Notes under the pieces: generated by a model
Told to the model about the DNA's origin: nothing
Databases searched by the model: none
What the model saw: only the letters and a program-made list of their open reading frames with translations
Assembly: GCF_963921235.1 (NCBI RefSeq)
Contig: NC_086108.1
Coordinates: 86,740,001-86,804,000 of the forward strand
Source of the DNA: Mobula hypostoma
Lineage: Eukaryota
Direction of reading: 5' to 3'
DNA length: 64,000 nucleotides
Shown: positions 63,050 through 64,000 of the stretch, piece after piece
Numbering within the stretch: the first letter of the stretch is position 1
Layout of the letters: each line of letters starts with the position of its first letter
Position numbers and translations under genes: made by a program

Positions 63050-63540
63050 TTATTGCCATATTCCATCTGGTTGGCCTCCAACCTGGCAGCATGAACTTTG
63101 AATTCTCTAACTTCCGTTAATTACTCCACCCCCTTCCTTCTCTCTTTTTCCATTCCCCATTCTGGTGACCCCTCTTACCCCTTCCTTTTCGCTCACCACC
63201 TTATCATCTCCTTCTGATTTGTCCTTCCTTCCCTTTCTCCCATGGACTTTGTCCTCTCCTATCAGATTCTTTCTTCTGCAGCCCTTTGCTTTTTCCACCT
63301 ATCACCTCATAGCTTCTCACATTATCCACCCTCCCCCACCCACCCACCTTCCCCTTCACCAGTTTTCTCCTATTATCATCCAGCATGTACTTCTTTCCCT
63401 CCTCCTCCTTTCTATTCTGGCTTCTTCCCCCTTCCTCTCCAGTCCTGAAGGCCGTGGCCTGAAACATCGACTATTTATTCCTCTCTATGACTGCTGCTTT
63501 ACCTGCTGTGTTTCTTCAACATTGTACGTGTGCTGTTCTG
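63050..63540 (+). mobile_element. PLE 3' tail fragment
   Basis: ATCTGGTTGGCCTCCAACCTGGCAGCATGAAC and CAGTCCTGAAGG..CCTGAAACATCGAC near 63440-63472. Confidence 0.75.
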
Positions 63541-64000
63541 GAACAGGAACAAAGTGTCCAACAGACTTACGTGGTCAGTAAGTGCAGTGCTGTAAATGAT
63601 ATGTCCTGTAAGTTGATGGCGCATGGGTTTTGTTGACAAGAACAAGCAGTTCTCAGCAGTCTGCGAACAGTCCAGTTCATCTTCCACCAAGCAAACAATG
63701 GAACAGCACTAATGGGAGGGATATGCCCCCCCAGTCTGCCATGGACACTGCGCTACACAGCCTCTAGTGTCTCCCCTCCTAGACGGCTACAACAGGCAAG
63801 CCCAGAGCTTCAGGCCAAGTCCTCGCTACAACCTAGACCACACAGCTCCTCCACTGCTGGTCACACCAATAAACCAGTGAAATAGGCTGGCGGAATTTTA
63901 CATTACCAATATTCAAACAGGGTCCTGTGATCGCAAGAGAAACATTCAGGACAATCTGTTGCTGTTAGACTGCACACCACATTCATGCACCAACTCTGAT

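Overview
Repeat-dense eukaryotic DNA, either intronic or intergenic. It is most likely from a cartilaginous fish (shark or ray), inferred from the mix of HE1/V-SINE-like and Deu-domain SINEs, abundant CR1 and Rex1/Babar LINEs, and Penelope-like elements (PLEs). I found no recognisable host protein-coding exon, rRNA or intact tRNA. Every identifiable ORF is a decayed transposon fragment. Much of the window is nested mobile DNA: CR1 and Rex1/Babar LINE fragments, PLE pieces with minimal hammerhead-ribozyme motifs, four to six solo LTRs, three Tc1-derived MITEs and several tRNA-derived SINEs. Four observations stand out. (1) A 1.9-kb Tx1/Keno-like element has a U2 snRNA 5' fragment at its start, retains only ORF1 and lacks ORF2 (60191-62055). 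(2) A Penelope element has an inverted terminal repeat carrying a near-intact minimal hammerhead core (32688-34766). (3) Small fold-back insertions are built from the hammerhead-bearing PLE tail. (4) A tRNA-SINE has an RTE/AfroSINE-type tail and shares its head with a different SINE. All family assignments are by-eye recognition of motifs, not database results. These are variants of known element classes, and I cannot claim a wholly new biological system from this window.
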